Assembly: GCA_950097015.1 (NCBI GenBank)
Contig: CATNEN010000001.1
Location: 17,732,001-17,796,000 of the forward strand
Length of the DNA: 64,000 bases
Reading direction: 5' to 3'
From: Macrostomum hystrix
Taxonomy: Eukaryota; Animalia; Platyhelminthes
The notes beneath the pieces are model-generated. The model was not told the DNA's origin, made no database searches, and saw only the letters and a program-made list of their open reading frames with translations. Positions 47,801-60,336 of this stretch are shown here, in pieces. Numbering within the stretch: the first letter of the stretch is position 1; every line of letters begins with the position of its first letter. A program made the position numbers and the translations under genes.

Positions 47801-49779
47801 TCGACGAGGAGTCGCAGGCTGAAGAGTCTCGCAATCCTGGCGCAATCCTGGTCTGGGGACACCTGGGCTCCTACGCCGAGGCACTCGCTCAGGAATTGAC
47901 AGCCAGCGGTCGGCCTCTGATTGACTTGCTGCACTGCGACTCCGCCGATGAAGCTGCTCAGAACCTGACCACAGCTTGGCAGCCAGGCACACAGGCCGTG
48001 GTTCTCTGCCCGAGCCTGGTGACCCCGGAGACTCTGCTTCGGGTCACTCGCGGTCCGGTTCGCGTGGCATCGGTTGTGGTGTGTATTAACTCCCACACTG
48101 CCATTGTGTCTGGCCGGTGCCGGATGCAACCAGGGCTACTCAACAGTCTGACTGAGGGAGCTTGCTCAGCCGTGGTGATGACAACTCCGGCGGAGGATAA
48201 CACCGCAGACTCGGTCGAGGACCCAGCCGGAGCAGAGGTGTCGCGTCTGCTGCGCCTCGTGAACTCGCAGTCTGCTCGGGTTCTCCGAGCACCGCTAGGT
48301 CGACTGACTTCTGCTGCAAGCGGGTCGGCGCTGACTCCACCGGAGGTGCCTTCATGGCGGCGTCTGACACTTATGCGAAGGCAGTGGCTCCAGATGCCGA
48401 TAGAATTGAACATGGCCTGGTTGGGCCTGAGCCGCGTCTCAGTGACCTTTACGCGACCTTTGGAGCGCGACAGGCTTGTGGACCGGCTGAAGACACTCAG
48501 CGGAAGCCAGAAGGCTCGCCGGGTGCAAGGAGACGAGCTTCTTGAATCCAAGTTCTTCTACATCTCAGGAGTGGCGCCCGTTAGGCACGCGAACTCTATT
48601 CAACAGTGGCTGGGTTTCTGGCGCCACTGCGCCGCTGATTCAAGCGCTCTCCTGCCAGTCGAGACAGCGAACTCCGTCACGACCGCTCGTGTGGTGGCCT
48701 TTGGTCGGGGTCTAGAAACCGAGGATTTGAAGCGATTCCTACGGCTCTGCGCACCTCTGAAGCCCACTCGGCGGGCCCTGATGATTCGCTCGGATTTGAC
48801 ACCGGCAGCGGTGGCAAGAATTCACGTTAGTTTCGGGCTGGCTTGCAAAGCTAAGATGGGTGCTGGCTTTCAGGGAATGTGGAAGAGACACTAATGAATG
48901 TATATAACATTTAGGAATGAAAAATAGACATTCCAAGTCTAGTTATAATTTTCAATAGCTTATTTCAAACGTCGCTCTTTTCAGAAAGACAGGCACCTAG
49001 ACCCTTTACCCGAGGGCTGGTTCTTCAACGGCACCAATTACATTTCCTTCGACGGCGAGTCTTCGAGAACGCATCCAAGTAAGCGAAAGTGTTAAATCCA
49101 GTAGATCCTGTGTCGGAGATTCTTTAGGTATTTTAGGACCGATTTCCAAGAAGAGTGTCGTAAAATGTTTTTGCTACATAATTTCGTGAAGCAATTGTTT
49201 TGCAAGCCATATCTAGCAATAATCTAGCCCTTTTTTCTTCGCCCATTTTGTTTTTGTTTTTTCTTTTTACTTTGCGACACCACTGTGTTGCGCAGCCTTC
49301 CAGAATTTTCTATCTGCATCTGATTGGCTGAAACTCTACCTGAGCGTAATTACAACCCTCATTGAATCGCGCGTTAGGATTTTTCCTCACTAGCGTGTTG
49401 CTCTTGATTGGTTGTGCGTAAGGCCCCTTGCTCACCCGCTCCTTCCCCGATTGTTTTCCTAGAAATTTAGAGTAAATTTAGAGTTTCACCTAAACTTTGA
49501 AATGGAACGTTTTGCTTCTCAGTTTATAGCCGTTTTCTGATCCATAATAATTTACCCTATTCGTCGGTTGGCAAGCGGTTGACTGGCTAATATGGTAGAC
49601 CCCCATTCATGTATGGGCAATGCAAAAAACTGAAAATTCAGTCGCTGCTTTTCCCCGAATTCCTTTCAGGTCTGGAAGCATTCCTTGAAAGCCACATTGC
49701 TCAGGAGAACAAGAAGATTGCCGAATACAATGCTAGGCAGGCTGGCGATAGCGATTGGCGCGATCTGTTCGACAACTGA
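33396..49779 (+). CDS. DNAAF9: Dynein axonemal assembly factor 9 (C20orf194/Shulin) ortholog, 17 coding exons
   Basis: In-phase exons 33396-33418, 33482-33541, 33632-33787, 33885-34038, 34125-34221, 34330-34417, 34504-34609, 34938-35054, 35141-35190, 35276-35408, 35511-35586, 46162-46201, 46278-46362, 46442-46658, 47246-48825, 48985-49078, 49670-49779. Recognised motifs GIDS, YLPYVAAWRN, VEKWPLVQAYA, EPFRSY and HLDPLPEGWFFNG. Confidence 0.88.
35773..36620. repeat. Compound (TAGT)n-(CAGT)n microsatellite, ~850 bp
   Basis: Directly visible tetranucleotide array in the long DNAAF9 intron. Confidence 0.98.
38345..38655. repeat. 20 bp minisatellite just downstream of the nested GPCR stop codon
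   Basis: Tandem ACTCCCAGATCTAACAGGT(A/G). Confidence 0.95.
38677..39759 (-). CDS. Divergent rhodopsin-like (class A) GPCR, single coding exon, nested antisense in the DNAAF9 intron
   Basis: 360-aa ATG ORF with seven hydrophobic segments. N-terminal glycosylation sites (NGS, NVS); DRY-position CSERR; TM4 TLPQLW; TM5 LIP; TM6 SFP; TM7 HPLAFLLH; terminal Cys. Confidence 0.75.
   Translation of the reverse strand: MSTFCLDCVVYNTNGSLLENVSLIVSGSGDHKPSRSMLSEIAESMSNAHFYALPSVLTFGLVFSLFNTACLAKSCRGSVDCHLAALALMSAGVSSLAAAIHAPAYADTFAWYPRLVAVSAGLQDWLGAAYTWTLLVLCSERRLTVKRMRRQAYCGSLQAGLAVLMVAIVTLVATLPQLWIKEVQESVEPVSARANATVLRIRSSNEGLRTEYAVLYQCFRDLAAVLIPGPVLAVLVCQLLCCSQAYNQQQSQLLKSDTVSGPRLQQSQQQVQSNRLAVMLGCSHLMLSFPMLALLLMWGHRPVWLPEDAFRPLYQMFSLLYYLYHPLAFLLHVCFLTDYRTRMRRLFCSESCQYTTYVVE
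39800..40288. repeat. 30 bp minisatellite upstream of the nested GPCR splice acceptor
   Basis: About 16 copies of CTTCAGTTACTGAGCTGCCTCACCCAGTCC. Confidence 0.96.
43585..45145. repeat. GA-rich minisatellite with higher-order structure
   Basis: ACAGTGG(G/C)TAGAGATGAGAGAG(AG) monomers recurring in four-monomer blocks. Confidence 0.95.
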
Positions 49780-50796
49780 ATGCTCCCGGCAAGACCCAAT
49801 TGATTTTAGCGAAAATTCAATTTAGCACTGAACAATTAATTTTACAATTTTCGTTTGATATCCACTGGATGAGCCATGAAGTACTTGTAGCTTAACCTGG
49901 AAAGTCAGTTCTATATCACCTGTGCCTATGGTGGCTATATGAAAAACATTTATTAATTTTATTTATAACCGCTTTTTACTTATCACTAGTACCACCCGAA
50001 AGTTTCTGTAAATACTGCAGTACTACATTTAGATTCATTAAAGCCTGCAGAAACTGACTTTTCTTAGACGAATTTAACTCGTTATAACATTGATTGAAGT
50101 GGTCTTTATTAATTATTAATTTGGGGCCTATTTGCATATTGACAACAATATTCACTAGGGGTATTTTGAAAGTTTTCGGCTACGCAACAATAAATGTATT
50201 TAACTAGGGGAAACTATAGCATTTTCATAGCATTTTACGCTTGGTTTAGGTTTGCGAGCATTTCCCTTGATCTACAGTGGCAGAGCGCGACACTCAAGGG
50301 CAACGGCTCTCTCTAGTCTATGGCTCAAACGGGTGGCTTGAGATAAATTGGCTTTATCTTCGGGGCATGAACTTCGTTCGTTCCTTGCTCTCTCGTAGAC
50401 TGAAGAAAGCTGCTCTTGGCGCTCTAGCTTAGAGAGCAACAGAAACAGATAGCTCATAAGACAAAAGCAGCAACGCAAGTAATGAAGCATCCCCTAATGA
50501 GCAGGGTGACGGTCTCCAATAACGAACGTGGTAAGACACAAGCGATGACAAGCGTAGCTTTGTGGCTGGGAAGCATTCGACTTAATATTCTGGGCATGAA
50601 CTTGGTCCCTTGCTCGCTTAGCCTTTGACTGAAGTTGTAAGCCGTCACTGCCGTTACCGACAGCTGCCACATCTATAAACGCGATTGCTGCTGATACCGC
50701 CGTTCCCGCCGATTGTCTTACTTCGATTTAGCTTACTGCCCGATCATTTTTTCCCGCTAACTTTGCTTTGCACTTTTAATTTACTAAAAGTAAGCC

Positions 50797-51885
50797 ATGG
50801 AGGACCACTTGCATACTGATGACGAGGATAAATACTATAATTTTGATGAAGAGCCTAGTGAGGATGGTGACAACGCTGAAAGCGCAAGTAGCTCAAATTT
50901 AGATACAGACATCGAAATTGAAGATGTGCTGTGGTACAAAGTTGTCGAAGGGACTGACGTCAGACCCTCACTGGTTCCAGAATTCGTGGGCAGCCCCGGG
51001 GTTCGACCCCGAGAGAGAGGCAGAATTTTTGCTTCAGTATTTGACCAACGAGATGTTTGAAAGCATTACCAGGTGGACAAACGAACGGGTCTGGAGTTTC
51101 ACTGAGGGAAGGTCAGTCGATGAGCTGCCAAAGGTGGTGTCTACATGGAAAGATTGTCGTGTGGATGAGGTGAGGAAGCTGATCTGCATCGTGCTGCTCC
51201 TGGGTGTTGATGACAAGATGACAAGAGATTAGTTCTTACTGGACGAAAGATCCCGTGTACCAATGCTCTTTTTTGGCTCAGCCGCACGCACTCTCGCGCA
51301 ATCGTTTTAAGCAGATACTTTCCTGCCTTCGCTTCTACAGTAGCGCCGGTTCTGCTCCCCAGAGCCCAATCGACAAGATCTCTCCGTTACTTGCTCTTCT
51401 GTAGCGTGCTTGTCAAAAAAAACTATATGCCAGACCAGCAGCTGTCGATCGACGAGGCTCTGGCTATGTGCAAAGGACGGTACAGTTCAGGCAGTACATC
51501 CCCTCTAAGAAGAGCAAGTACGGAACCCAGCTGTATTGTTTATGTGAGGCCAAGTCTGGATACCTGTGGAACTTTGCCGTCCGCACGACGCAGCAGGAAA
51601 ATGCCAGATTCGGTGCTGGACTAGACTGCGGAGCAGTCTTTTAGCGAGCGAGTCGTCGCCGAGCTCTGCCGTGACGTGTTGCGCCTCGGCCACCACATCT
51701 TCACCGACAGCTGGTTTACGTCGCATCGAATAGCTTCATGGCTGCTGGCCCGTGACACCATGCTTACCGGCACCGTACGCAAAGATCGTGGACCGCAGCC
51801 ACTGCTGCGAGACGCTAACCTGCGCCCTACATCATCAGCATACGCTAGGTGCGGCAGTGTGCTAGCGTGCAAGTTCGTTGACACC
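50797..51885 (+). pseudogene. piggyBac-type transposase relic with several frameshifts and stops
   Basis: Across frames: acidic N-terminus, WTNERV, SRNRFKQILSCLRF, QLSIDEA, QYIPSKKSKYG, GYLWNF, HIFTDSWFTS and TGTVRKDR. TIRs not located. Confidence 0.85.
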
Positions 51886-52531
51886 TATGGTGAAGTGGTT
51901 GATGGATGTCGAGGTGCCGAAGACCAAGAAAGATCTAGAGAGATTTCTAGGGCTGGCTCAGTTCTATGGACAGCTGGTCCCAAACTTTTCTGAGCCGCTC
52001 CAGTAGCTGTGACCGGGTTTTCGAGTGGAACGCTGTGGCTGACGCGGTGTTTCTGGAGGCCAAGAGGTGTCTGGCCTCGAACCCGTGCATCAAGCCGTTT
52101 GATGTGTCTGCGCCGGTCTGTCTTCGAGTTGATGCGAGTGAGAGGTCCCTTGGCGCGGTGCTGGTCCAGTCTGGACACCCCGTTACTCTGGTTGGCCAGA
52201 AGCGGTCCAGGTTCCAGAGAGGACTGCGGACAGTGTGTTGAAAGTCCCACGAGCGGTGTTCGCCAGGAATGGAGTGCCGCGGACACTGGTGTTGGATAAT
52301 GCTCCTAAGTTAAAAGCATTGGCATCAAGGATGTACACACCCCGCCGCACCACCCGGCATCGAACGGGCAGGCTGAGCGGCAAGACAGGCAAGACTTATC
52401 TGTGTGGCAACTTCTCCATGACGCTCGATAGTATTATCGACGCAGACCTGTACGAGTTTCCGAAGATGGAGGAGATACTGGCCAAAATTATCAGCGCTAA
52501 ATTTATATATACAGTTCCTGTCGGAAACTAG
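51886..52531 (+). pseudogene. Scrambled Ty3/gypsy pol fragments (RT thumb/RNase H, integrase, RT N-part)
   Basis: PKTKKDLERFLGLAQFY, LRVDASERSLGAVLVQ, FARNGVPRTLVLDNAP, PHHPASNGQAER and YEFPKMEEILAKI. Confidence 0.75.
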
Positions 52532-53841
52532 TTTCCTCCAGAACTTCGTTATGTTTCTTCCCCCTTCCTTTTCACTGCCTGTAGGTTTTATAATGTTCTC
52601 CTATCAGCGAACTATTGCGTTTCCCTCCACTTTTCTTGTTTTCTTATACAAGTATATTCTTTTAGTTCATTGACTATTTGCATCTTGCCCACCCTTTCAT
52701 TTTTCACTAATTGTTGTCTATGCCTTTAACTCTTCGCACGATACAGGTAGAATTTCTTGTTCTTCTAAAGCTCACCAATAGCTCGCACCGGCGGGACACA
52801 ATGCCTGTGTGGTATGAGTCAGACCAGGCCTACGGGCTAAGGTCTGCGATGCCTCACACCTGCAGTCGTTTTTTGAGCAGGCTTGGCAGGAAGGAGACCT
52901 GTGCCTCCGGGTGCAGGAATCCTCTCCACGCTGTCCCGTCAGCTGACCCATGGGTACACGTCCCGCGAGTGTTCAAGGCTGACCCTAGGGCAGCCGGACA
53001 GAATGGGCAACAGCGCTGGATGACCCATCCAGGGCCTCCGGCCTAACTGGGTACCTCTAGCCCCGGCTGGAGGGAAAGGTGTCACCCTTTGACCTTAACA
53101 GGGTATGCGGCCAGTCCGCAGCGTTCGTGCACCTGTGCGTGATCAGGTACCTCTGGCTACGGCTCTGAGGGAAAGGTGTCACCCTTTGACCTTAACAGGG
53201 TATGCGGCCAGTCCGCAGGCCTCGGCGCTGGCCAAATAGCGCCCTCTAATGTCCCAGTGTTGACCGTGCTGATGGACGCTTGACCAGGGAGTAGTCTGGC
53301 CTCCTACGGTTCCTCCCGGTGGTCCTGGCATCCCACCCCGGGTTGTAACTTGTCTTTTTTGGCTGCCCCCGCTCAGCTTTGGGATCGCGGCTGAGCGGGT
53401 TATTCCTGCCTGTGTCTACAGGAAGCCCCTCTTCTCATTGCAGCTTCAAATGGCTTCCAGCCTTCCTACTGCTCCGGCCGAGGACACCATGGTGCCCGAG
53501 GCCATACACGCTGCGGCGCCCGGGCTAGCTGGCCCCGCGACCGCCACAAATGCCGCGCTGCCCAACTCGCGCGATGACCGGGGCGCTAAGCGCTCCACAA
53601 CCTCTGGAGCGGCAAAGCGTCGTAGGCGCTTAATGGCCCACGGCAAGCCGGCACCATCGACCGAGGACCGGGCCCAGGCCAGAGGGGCCGAAGGGGCTCT
53701 GCCTAGGGCGGGGGCTGGGGCGGGGGGCCTTGCGCCTCCTGCCCAGGCTCCTGCACGGGGCGGAGCCCACGACGCCCCGAGGCCAGGGTCGCGGGCCAAG
53801 GAGGTCCCGGCGCCCATCCGGGACCGGGACAGTCCGGGACA

Positions 53842-55574
53842 GATGGTGACACGCGGACCCTTCTGTCCAGCCACTTTGCGGTACGCTCTTCGGCCTCGGA
53901 CAGCCCTTCCTTGCTGGCGGCGCATCCAAGAGTCGAATCCGAATTCGTCAATGTACACTTTGGGTGCATTGATCACTTCAGCAGAACACCACCACGTACA
54001 GAACGCCTCTCGCTCAGTCAGCACAGCCGGCGAATTCCTCTCAGCTGGTGTGTCGCGTACGAGCTTGACGGTGTATAAGCAGCCTTCGAGATGCCGACTT
54101 AGTGTTGTCAACGAAACCATCGGCTTCTGCGGAAATCGCGCTTGCAAGTGCCCTCCTATCTCAACTAGTGTCAAGAGTGCATTGTCTTCCAGTAGTTCGG
54201 CGCAGTAGTTTTCCATCTCTTCGTCAAACTTCACACGTCTTCTACCCCCTTTAGGTCTCTTCTCCCTCCGTCCAGATCTAACAATTGAGCTAGGTGGACG
54301 AAATCCTGGCCATTCTCGTGCGCGTCAAGCAGACGTTGCCGATCTTCATTACTGACCCTTCTATACGGACCTCTTCTTTCTTCTTGTTCATCCTCTTCAG
54401 TATCGATGTCAGAGCTCCATTCTCCGCTTCCTTCTTCCTCAATGAGTTCGTCAGATTCGGTGTCCATTTGTTTGTTTACAGAAAAAAATTGACTGGAAAG
54501 TATATACGCTGAAAAAAGGGACTTACAGTTTGAAGAGCGAAACGGGTACAGAAACTTAAATTCTATGGTCGAAATTGACTGCAGTTTGTCTAATTTGAAT
54601 GGAATTTTAGCCCCGTGGTCGCTTTTTACCATAGACATTGACAGTGTCTTTCGGGAAGTGTCTAAATTGAATATGCACTGGCGAATTTGGTTGCAGGTTG
54701 TCTAAATTGAAAGGTCGAGTTGGAAACTAAAAATTGAGTGTCGAATTTGAATTTCGAATTGTCTAAATTGAACTTCAGCTTTGTTGAAATTGAACGCAAA
54801 AAGGTGTATTCGACAACGTCAGCAGTCATAACGATGCCGAGCTACAGGAGGTCGACAATGCAATCGAATTTAAGCGACTTCCACGATACAGTCCTTTCCT
54901 GACACCGGTTGAGAGCGCAATCTCATCATGGAAATCGGCCATCAAGCGCGAGCTCAATGGGAACCGCGAGCTGTTCATCAATCCTACAATGGAGGCCCGG
55001 GCAGGTCGAACTTTGGTGGAATATCGCCGTGATGAACTGGCCCGCTTGGCAGATATCACCCTGAACGACAGCGTCACACGGGAAAAGTGTCTCGAATGGT
55101 ATAACCACTGCTTTACCTTCATCCCAAGGTGCCTTCAGTTGGCGCCAATCAACGGTGACTGACGAGAGTACATGTACTTCTTTTCACAAACCGACTTTGA
55201 GTTTGCATTCGACTCAGACTTCGACTAAGACGTTTGTTTAAGTTCCCCCAACAGTTTTATGCGTTGACTTGATAACCAGGCCTTACCATCGTTGTTAACA
55301 TATATATATATATATAAGTTTGAGGTCGATACTTGTCGAAATTGACTGCAGTTTGTCTAATTTGAATGGAATTTTAGCCCCGTGGTCGCTTTTTACCATA
55401 GACATTGACAGTGTCTTTCGGGAAGTGTCTAAATTGAATATGCACTGGCGAATTTGGTTGCAGGTTGTCTAAATTGAAAGGCTCTAGTTGGAAACCAAAA
55501 ATAGAGTGTCGAATTTGAATTTCGAATTGTCTAAATTGAACTTCAGCTTTGTTGAAATTGAACGCAAAAAGGTG
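53842..55574. mobile_element. Tc1/IS630-like DNA transposon inserted in the LINE, with its left half inverted
   Basis: ~240-bp terminal repeats at 54568-54806 and 55335-55574 in DIRECT orientation, both ending AAAAAGGTG|TA. Transposase 5' part on the minus strand (~54467-53842; VYIDEFGF); 3' part on the plus strand (~54807-55158; FDNVSSH, LPRYSPFLTPVE). Confidence 0.88.
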
Positions 55575-55576
55575 TA

Positions 55577-58500
55577 ACATTCCTGCTGGCTATGACTGCT
55601 TCTGCATGGCAGACTCTGTCCGCCCTAGATCACTGATCTATGCTGCAAAAGCCTTAAATGCGTGGATGAGACCCGATCTCTCTAACGGGGACATCTGCGT
55701 CATCCAATCTGCACACATTGTGCCCAACAAGTTAACCCTCGTGGCATCCGCCTACCTGGCAGGCGACGCCCCCGTGGTCAGCGATACCCTCGTCGCCCTC
55801 TGATTTCGCCAGGGCACGAAATTTTGAGCTGCTCCTCGCGGGAGATGCAAACTCGCATCACACCCGCTGGGGTAGCTCAAAAATCAATGACCGCGGCGAA
55901 GAGCTCCTGGCCTTCGTTAGCGGCACGCCTCTTAACTTCTGCAATGTGGGCAACACGCCCACGTTCGACAATGGGCGGTGGGCTGAGGTGCTTGACGTCA
56001 CCCTGGCCTCACCCGGCATCCTCCCAAGGGTGCTGGGGTGGGAGGTGTGGGAGACCGAAAGCTCGCTCTCGGACCACCGCTTCATTCGCTTCAACATCGC
56101 TACCCCCGATAAGAAGCAAAAGCCTATTTGGAGGCGAAATGTCAGAAACACCGACTGGCCCGTGTTCAGCCAAAAGCTGCATGAGGGCCTTCGGGATTCC
56201 GACCCCTCCATGGCCATGGCAACCACGCAGGACCTAGATGGAGTGGCTGCCCTGCTGGGCGGCGCCATCACAGAGGCCTACGAAATGGCTTGCCCGCTCA
56301 AAGCCTACAAAGGCAAAAAATCGGCCCCCTGGTGGAACCCCGAGCTCGGAGTCCTGAGACGCCGAGCAAAGGCTCTCCAGAGGAGGCTGAAAATCTCGCA
56401 CGACCCTGATGACAAAGAGGCCTATACTCGCGCCATCCATGAGTTTAAGGGCCGGGTCAGAAGGGCAAAAGCGGACAAGTGGCGAAAATACTGCGAAGGG
56501 CTTGAGGGCTCGCGGCGGACGGCCCGCGTGGTAAAGGCGCTCACCAAAGACCGCTTCTCCAAGCTCTCATCGATCAAAAAGCCAGACGGCTCGATCACGG
56601 AGCGCCTGGAGGAAACGCTCGAGCTTATGCTAGGGCATTTCTTCCCGAGTGTACCGGCGCACTTTGGCCCAGACGACCACTCACGTGGAGGTCAGGGCCT
56701 GGCTCAGTCACTCGTCACGAATGACCGCATCGTTCGCGCGGCAAAGTCATTCAACCCTTTCAAAGCACCTGGGCCAGATGGTATTTATCCGGCCTTTTTG
56801 CATGAAGCGGTCAAAAATGGCCGCTTCCTCCATCTCCTCTGCAGACTTCTACGGGCCTGCATCGTGCTGGGCTATGTACCAGCGCTGTGGCACGAAGCCC
56901 GGGTCGTCTTCATCCCGAAGCCCGCCAAAGGCGACTATCGCTCGGTCAAGTCCTATCGCCCGATAAGCTTGACTTCCACCTGCCTCAAGCTCATGGAAAG
57001 ACTGGTGCTTTGGCGCCTTCTTACTGTAGAGCTAGGGCGGGCCCCGCTCTCCCCAAACCAGCACGCCTTTCGGGCGGGCCGGTCCACGGAGAGCGCCCTC
57101 CACTGCATCGTGGAGACTCTCGAGAAGGCAGTGCTGGGCAGCGGTTTTGCCCTGGCTGTCTTCCTAGACATTGAGGGGGCCTTCGATAACGTTGTTTTCG
57201 AAGCTTTTAAGGAGGCCCTGGTTTCCAGGGCCACTCACCCCCACCTCGTTCGCTGGGTCATGTACATGATCCGGCATCGCCACGTGGTGGCCCACCTCGA
57301 AGGCAGGCTGCTCTCGGCACCTGTCCTAAAAGGAGGGCCCCAAGGCGGCGTCCTCACCCCACTGCTGTGGAATCTCGTCATGGATGAGCTGCTGAAAAGC
57401 ACTCGTCCTGACCCAGTCCTGAAGGTGGGATATGCCGACGATGTGACCGCCATCTGCGCGGGCCCCTCGGCGGAAACCACCAGGGACCTCATCCAGGGCT
57501 TTATCAACAGGGCGGTGCGCTGGGCGGACCAATGCGGGCTCCGACTCTCTGAGTCCAAGACCGTTGCGGTTATGCTTACCAGCAGACTGCTCTGGACCAT
57601 TAAGCCTCTGACTCTCTATGGCAAGAATATTGCCATGGAAAAGCAGGTCCGGTGCCTTGGTCTCCTGCTAGACCATAGGCTTAACTGAACCCCGCACATC
57701 ACCACAAAGGCCAAGAGGGCCCTGGCCATACTGGCGCAAGTCAGGCGTGCCGTGGGCACCACTTGGGGGCTAACCCCCAAGAACCTTTAGTGGATTTACA
57801 CGGCGATCATTAGACCGTCAGTCGCTTACGCTGGCCTCATCTGGGCCAGTGCCATGAGCATCCAGAAAAACCTGGAGGCGCTATATAGGGTGCAGGGCAG
57901 AGCCTGTCGTATGACGCTGGGCGCCCCACCCTCCACTCCCTTCGAAGGCATGAATGCTTTCCTCAACGCTACACCCATTGACATTTTCGTCAAGGGGGAA
58001 GCAGCAAAGTCCACCCGTCGTCTTCTTGATGCGGGTGTCTCCTTCCAGAATTCGCGAGCCTTCTCGAAGCGCTCCCTTCTGCCTCACTCTGACCTCTGCC
58101 TGAAAACTCTGGGCGAGTGCGGAGGGCTCACTATCCTTTCGGACGGGGCCCCGGCCACTTTACTCCGGAGCCACAGGTACAAAGTCAGCATCTCCCCTCG
58201 TAATGAGGTAAAGGACTGCTGGGATGACCCGGCAGTCCACTGTTACACTGACGGCTCTCTGATGAACGGTAAATCAGGATTCGGAGTGTGCGTCGCCTCG
58301 GGTGGTGAGGTCCTCTGGACCCACTCCCAATACTGTGGCAAGAGCTCTAGCGTTTTCCAAAACGAAGTGCTCGCCATCAGCTTCTGTGCGGCTGAGCTGC
58401 GCCAGAGGCAGCTGGCTGGTCGGAGGATCTTTTTTCACTCCGACAGTCAAGCAGCCCTCAAGGCCCTCAGCCGCTGCACCTCTCGCTCCAGAACCACTCT

Positions 58501-59135
58501 TGGACTGCAACACCCAGTTAAACGGGTTGGCGCAGTCTAACAAGGTGGAGCTGCTGTGGATCCCTGGGCATGCCGGGTTCACAGGGAATGAGATGGCGGA
58601 CCAGCTTGCTAAGGCTGGAGCAGCCAGCTCCCTGATGGGCCCGGGCCCGGAGTCCCCGATCCCCATCTCAGTTGTCAACTCCAGCATCAACCGCTGGATG
58701 GAGACCCAGCACCGGAGGAGGTGGTCCAGCACCCTGAACTGTCGCCAGTCCAGGGCTGCGGTGCCAACCCCCTCTAGTAACCTGCGTAAGGCCTTACTCA
58801 GGCTTAACCGCAGAGACCTAAGAGCAGTCACTATGGCTCTTTCGGGACATGGCTGCTTCACCAGACACCGCTACCTTCAAGGCCACGTGCCTGAGGAAAC
58901 GTGTCCCTTCTGCTGCTCCGGACGCGAAAATGCAGAGCATTTCATCTGCCACTGCCCGGCCTTCACCCGGGCTAGGCTAAAACATCTCGGGCCGGCACCG
59001 ACTCTCGCCGAAGCCTGCTCGCCCGAGAACATCCCACAGCTCGCCCACTTCCTCCGGGATACCGGCCGAGCTGATTTCTTCCCAGCCTATGGCGAGGAAG
59101 ATCGCGGGGCGGAATCGACCGACGGACCACCCTGA
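55577..59135 (+). pseudogene. LINE ORF2: APE endonuclease, reverse transcriptase, RNase H and CCHC finger; disrupted
   Basis: Motifs AGDANSHH, SDHRFIRF, KAPGPDG, YRPISLTS, LDIEGAFD, PQGGVLTPLLW, YADD, YTDGS, WIPGHAG and CPFC...H...C. Stops at 55801, 57686 and ~57788; frameshifts near 55800-55830 and ~58500. Confidence 0.93.
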
Positions 59136-60336
59136 GCGGCACCGCCTCGCTGGAGGCTGTCTGGCTGCCAGGGGTTAGCGATATGGGCGGCTTCAGCCGC
59201 CTCCTCGCTGCGTCCGTCATGGAGGCTCCCTGCCGCTAAGTCAAGTAAGTAAGTCAAGCTCACCAATCTATAAATTATATACTTTGCTTATTCGTTCTTT
59301 AGTTACGAGTTACACACAATTTGGCTTAATCAATATTGACCAGGCGACAGTCCTAGATTTGGAACAGGTCTTCTTATAGGTTGGTTTATTTCATTGGTTT
59401 TTTAGTGCTTTCGTGCGTTTCCACTCACGTCTTGCGTTTTTTGATTATTTGAATTCAGGAATCTGCAATTTGAGAGGTATCGTTTACAGCTTTATATCAA
59501 GATAATATAATCATCAGAACTCGAGGATTTTGTCGACAGGCGGCAGGCTGCGGGTTCAAGATTAACAAGAGAAAGCCCACCCATTGTCGGCCGTTAGAAA
59601 CCAGACTTTGTACTCCGCTCAACCAAATACGCTCGTAAGCCGCACACGGGAGCCAAAGCTTCCGGTTTTAAACCGCTAACTGAAACAAAATTCGCTGCCT
59701 TGGTTTACTTTTATTGACACTGAGAGCCACAAATTCAGCACATGTAGAGTATTTAGCTACTTTTAGCGGTGAGAATTCAAACATACTGATCAAATTGTGG
59801 ATAGGATCGAGCCAGATATCATAGCTGAGTTTGACCAGCCTGATAGACAGCTAATTGACGCTTCCATTTTGTTACCCGCACTCCCATCAGTTAGTTACAC
59901 CAGGTGCGTGCGGCTCGATCACTGTGCTTTCTTTTTTCGAACTTCTCTCTCTCCAGAGTGAGCCCGTCTTAGTGGGAAATTAGCAGCAGCAGCAAAAACT
60001 GACAAAATTATTCGCTAACTTTTAAACTATTTACTTACATGCGCTCTCTATACACATAATTGTAATGCGATAAACTCAATACTTATATATATATATATGA
60101 TTGATAACGAGATCGATTGATTACCGATACTGACACAGATTGACTCTCACTCTGCTCTTTTAATTTGCTGCATGGTATATCATATAACCGAACTGACGGT
60201 TTTATATATACCTTGATTCCATTGCGGCGTTGACGGCTGCGGCAGCGACGACTCAAGCCAGTGATAGTAGTTATTTTGTTCAGCATGATTTACGACTTTG
60301 CGCTTTGCTTTAATTAATTCTTAAATTCAGACGATC

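Larger units (their letters stand above)
52780..59255 (+). mobile_element. Non-LTR retrotransposon (LINE; LOA/R1-like with RNase H), both ends present, inactivated
   Basis: 12-bp TSD AAGCTCACCAAT at 52768-52779 and 59256-59267. ~670-bp 5' UTR; ORF1 start ~53448 (truncated); (TAAG/TCAAG)n tail. Confidence 0.92.

Noticed and set aside
49890-50210. piggyBac TTAA/TIR left end
   Set aside because: Several TTAA sites exist, but no matching right end could be found.
7014-58861. Many antisense or alternate-frame ORFs overlapping GC-rich coding regions
   Set aside because: They are shadow ORFs of the real genes and TE frames, with no independent motifs.
59120-59250. HDV-like ribozyme (TCCTCGCT loop, GG, short hairpin, CTAA)
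   Set aside because: P3 (GCC/GCG) and P2 do not pair properly, GG does not directly follow the best P1, and alternative hairpins explain the sequence. An Infernal search would settle it.
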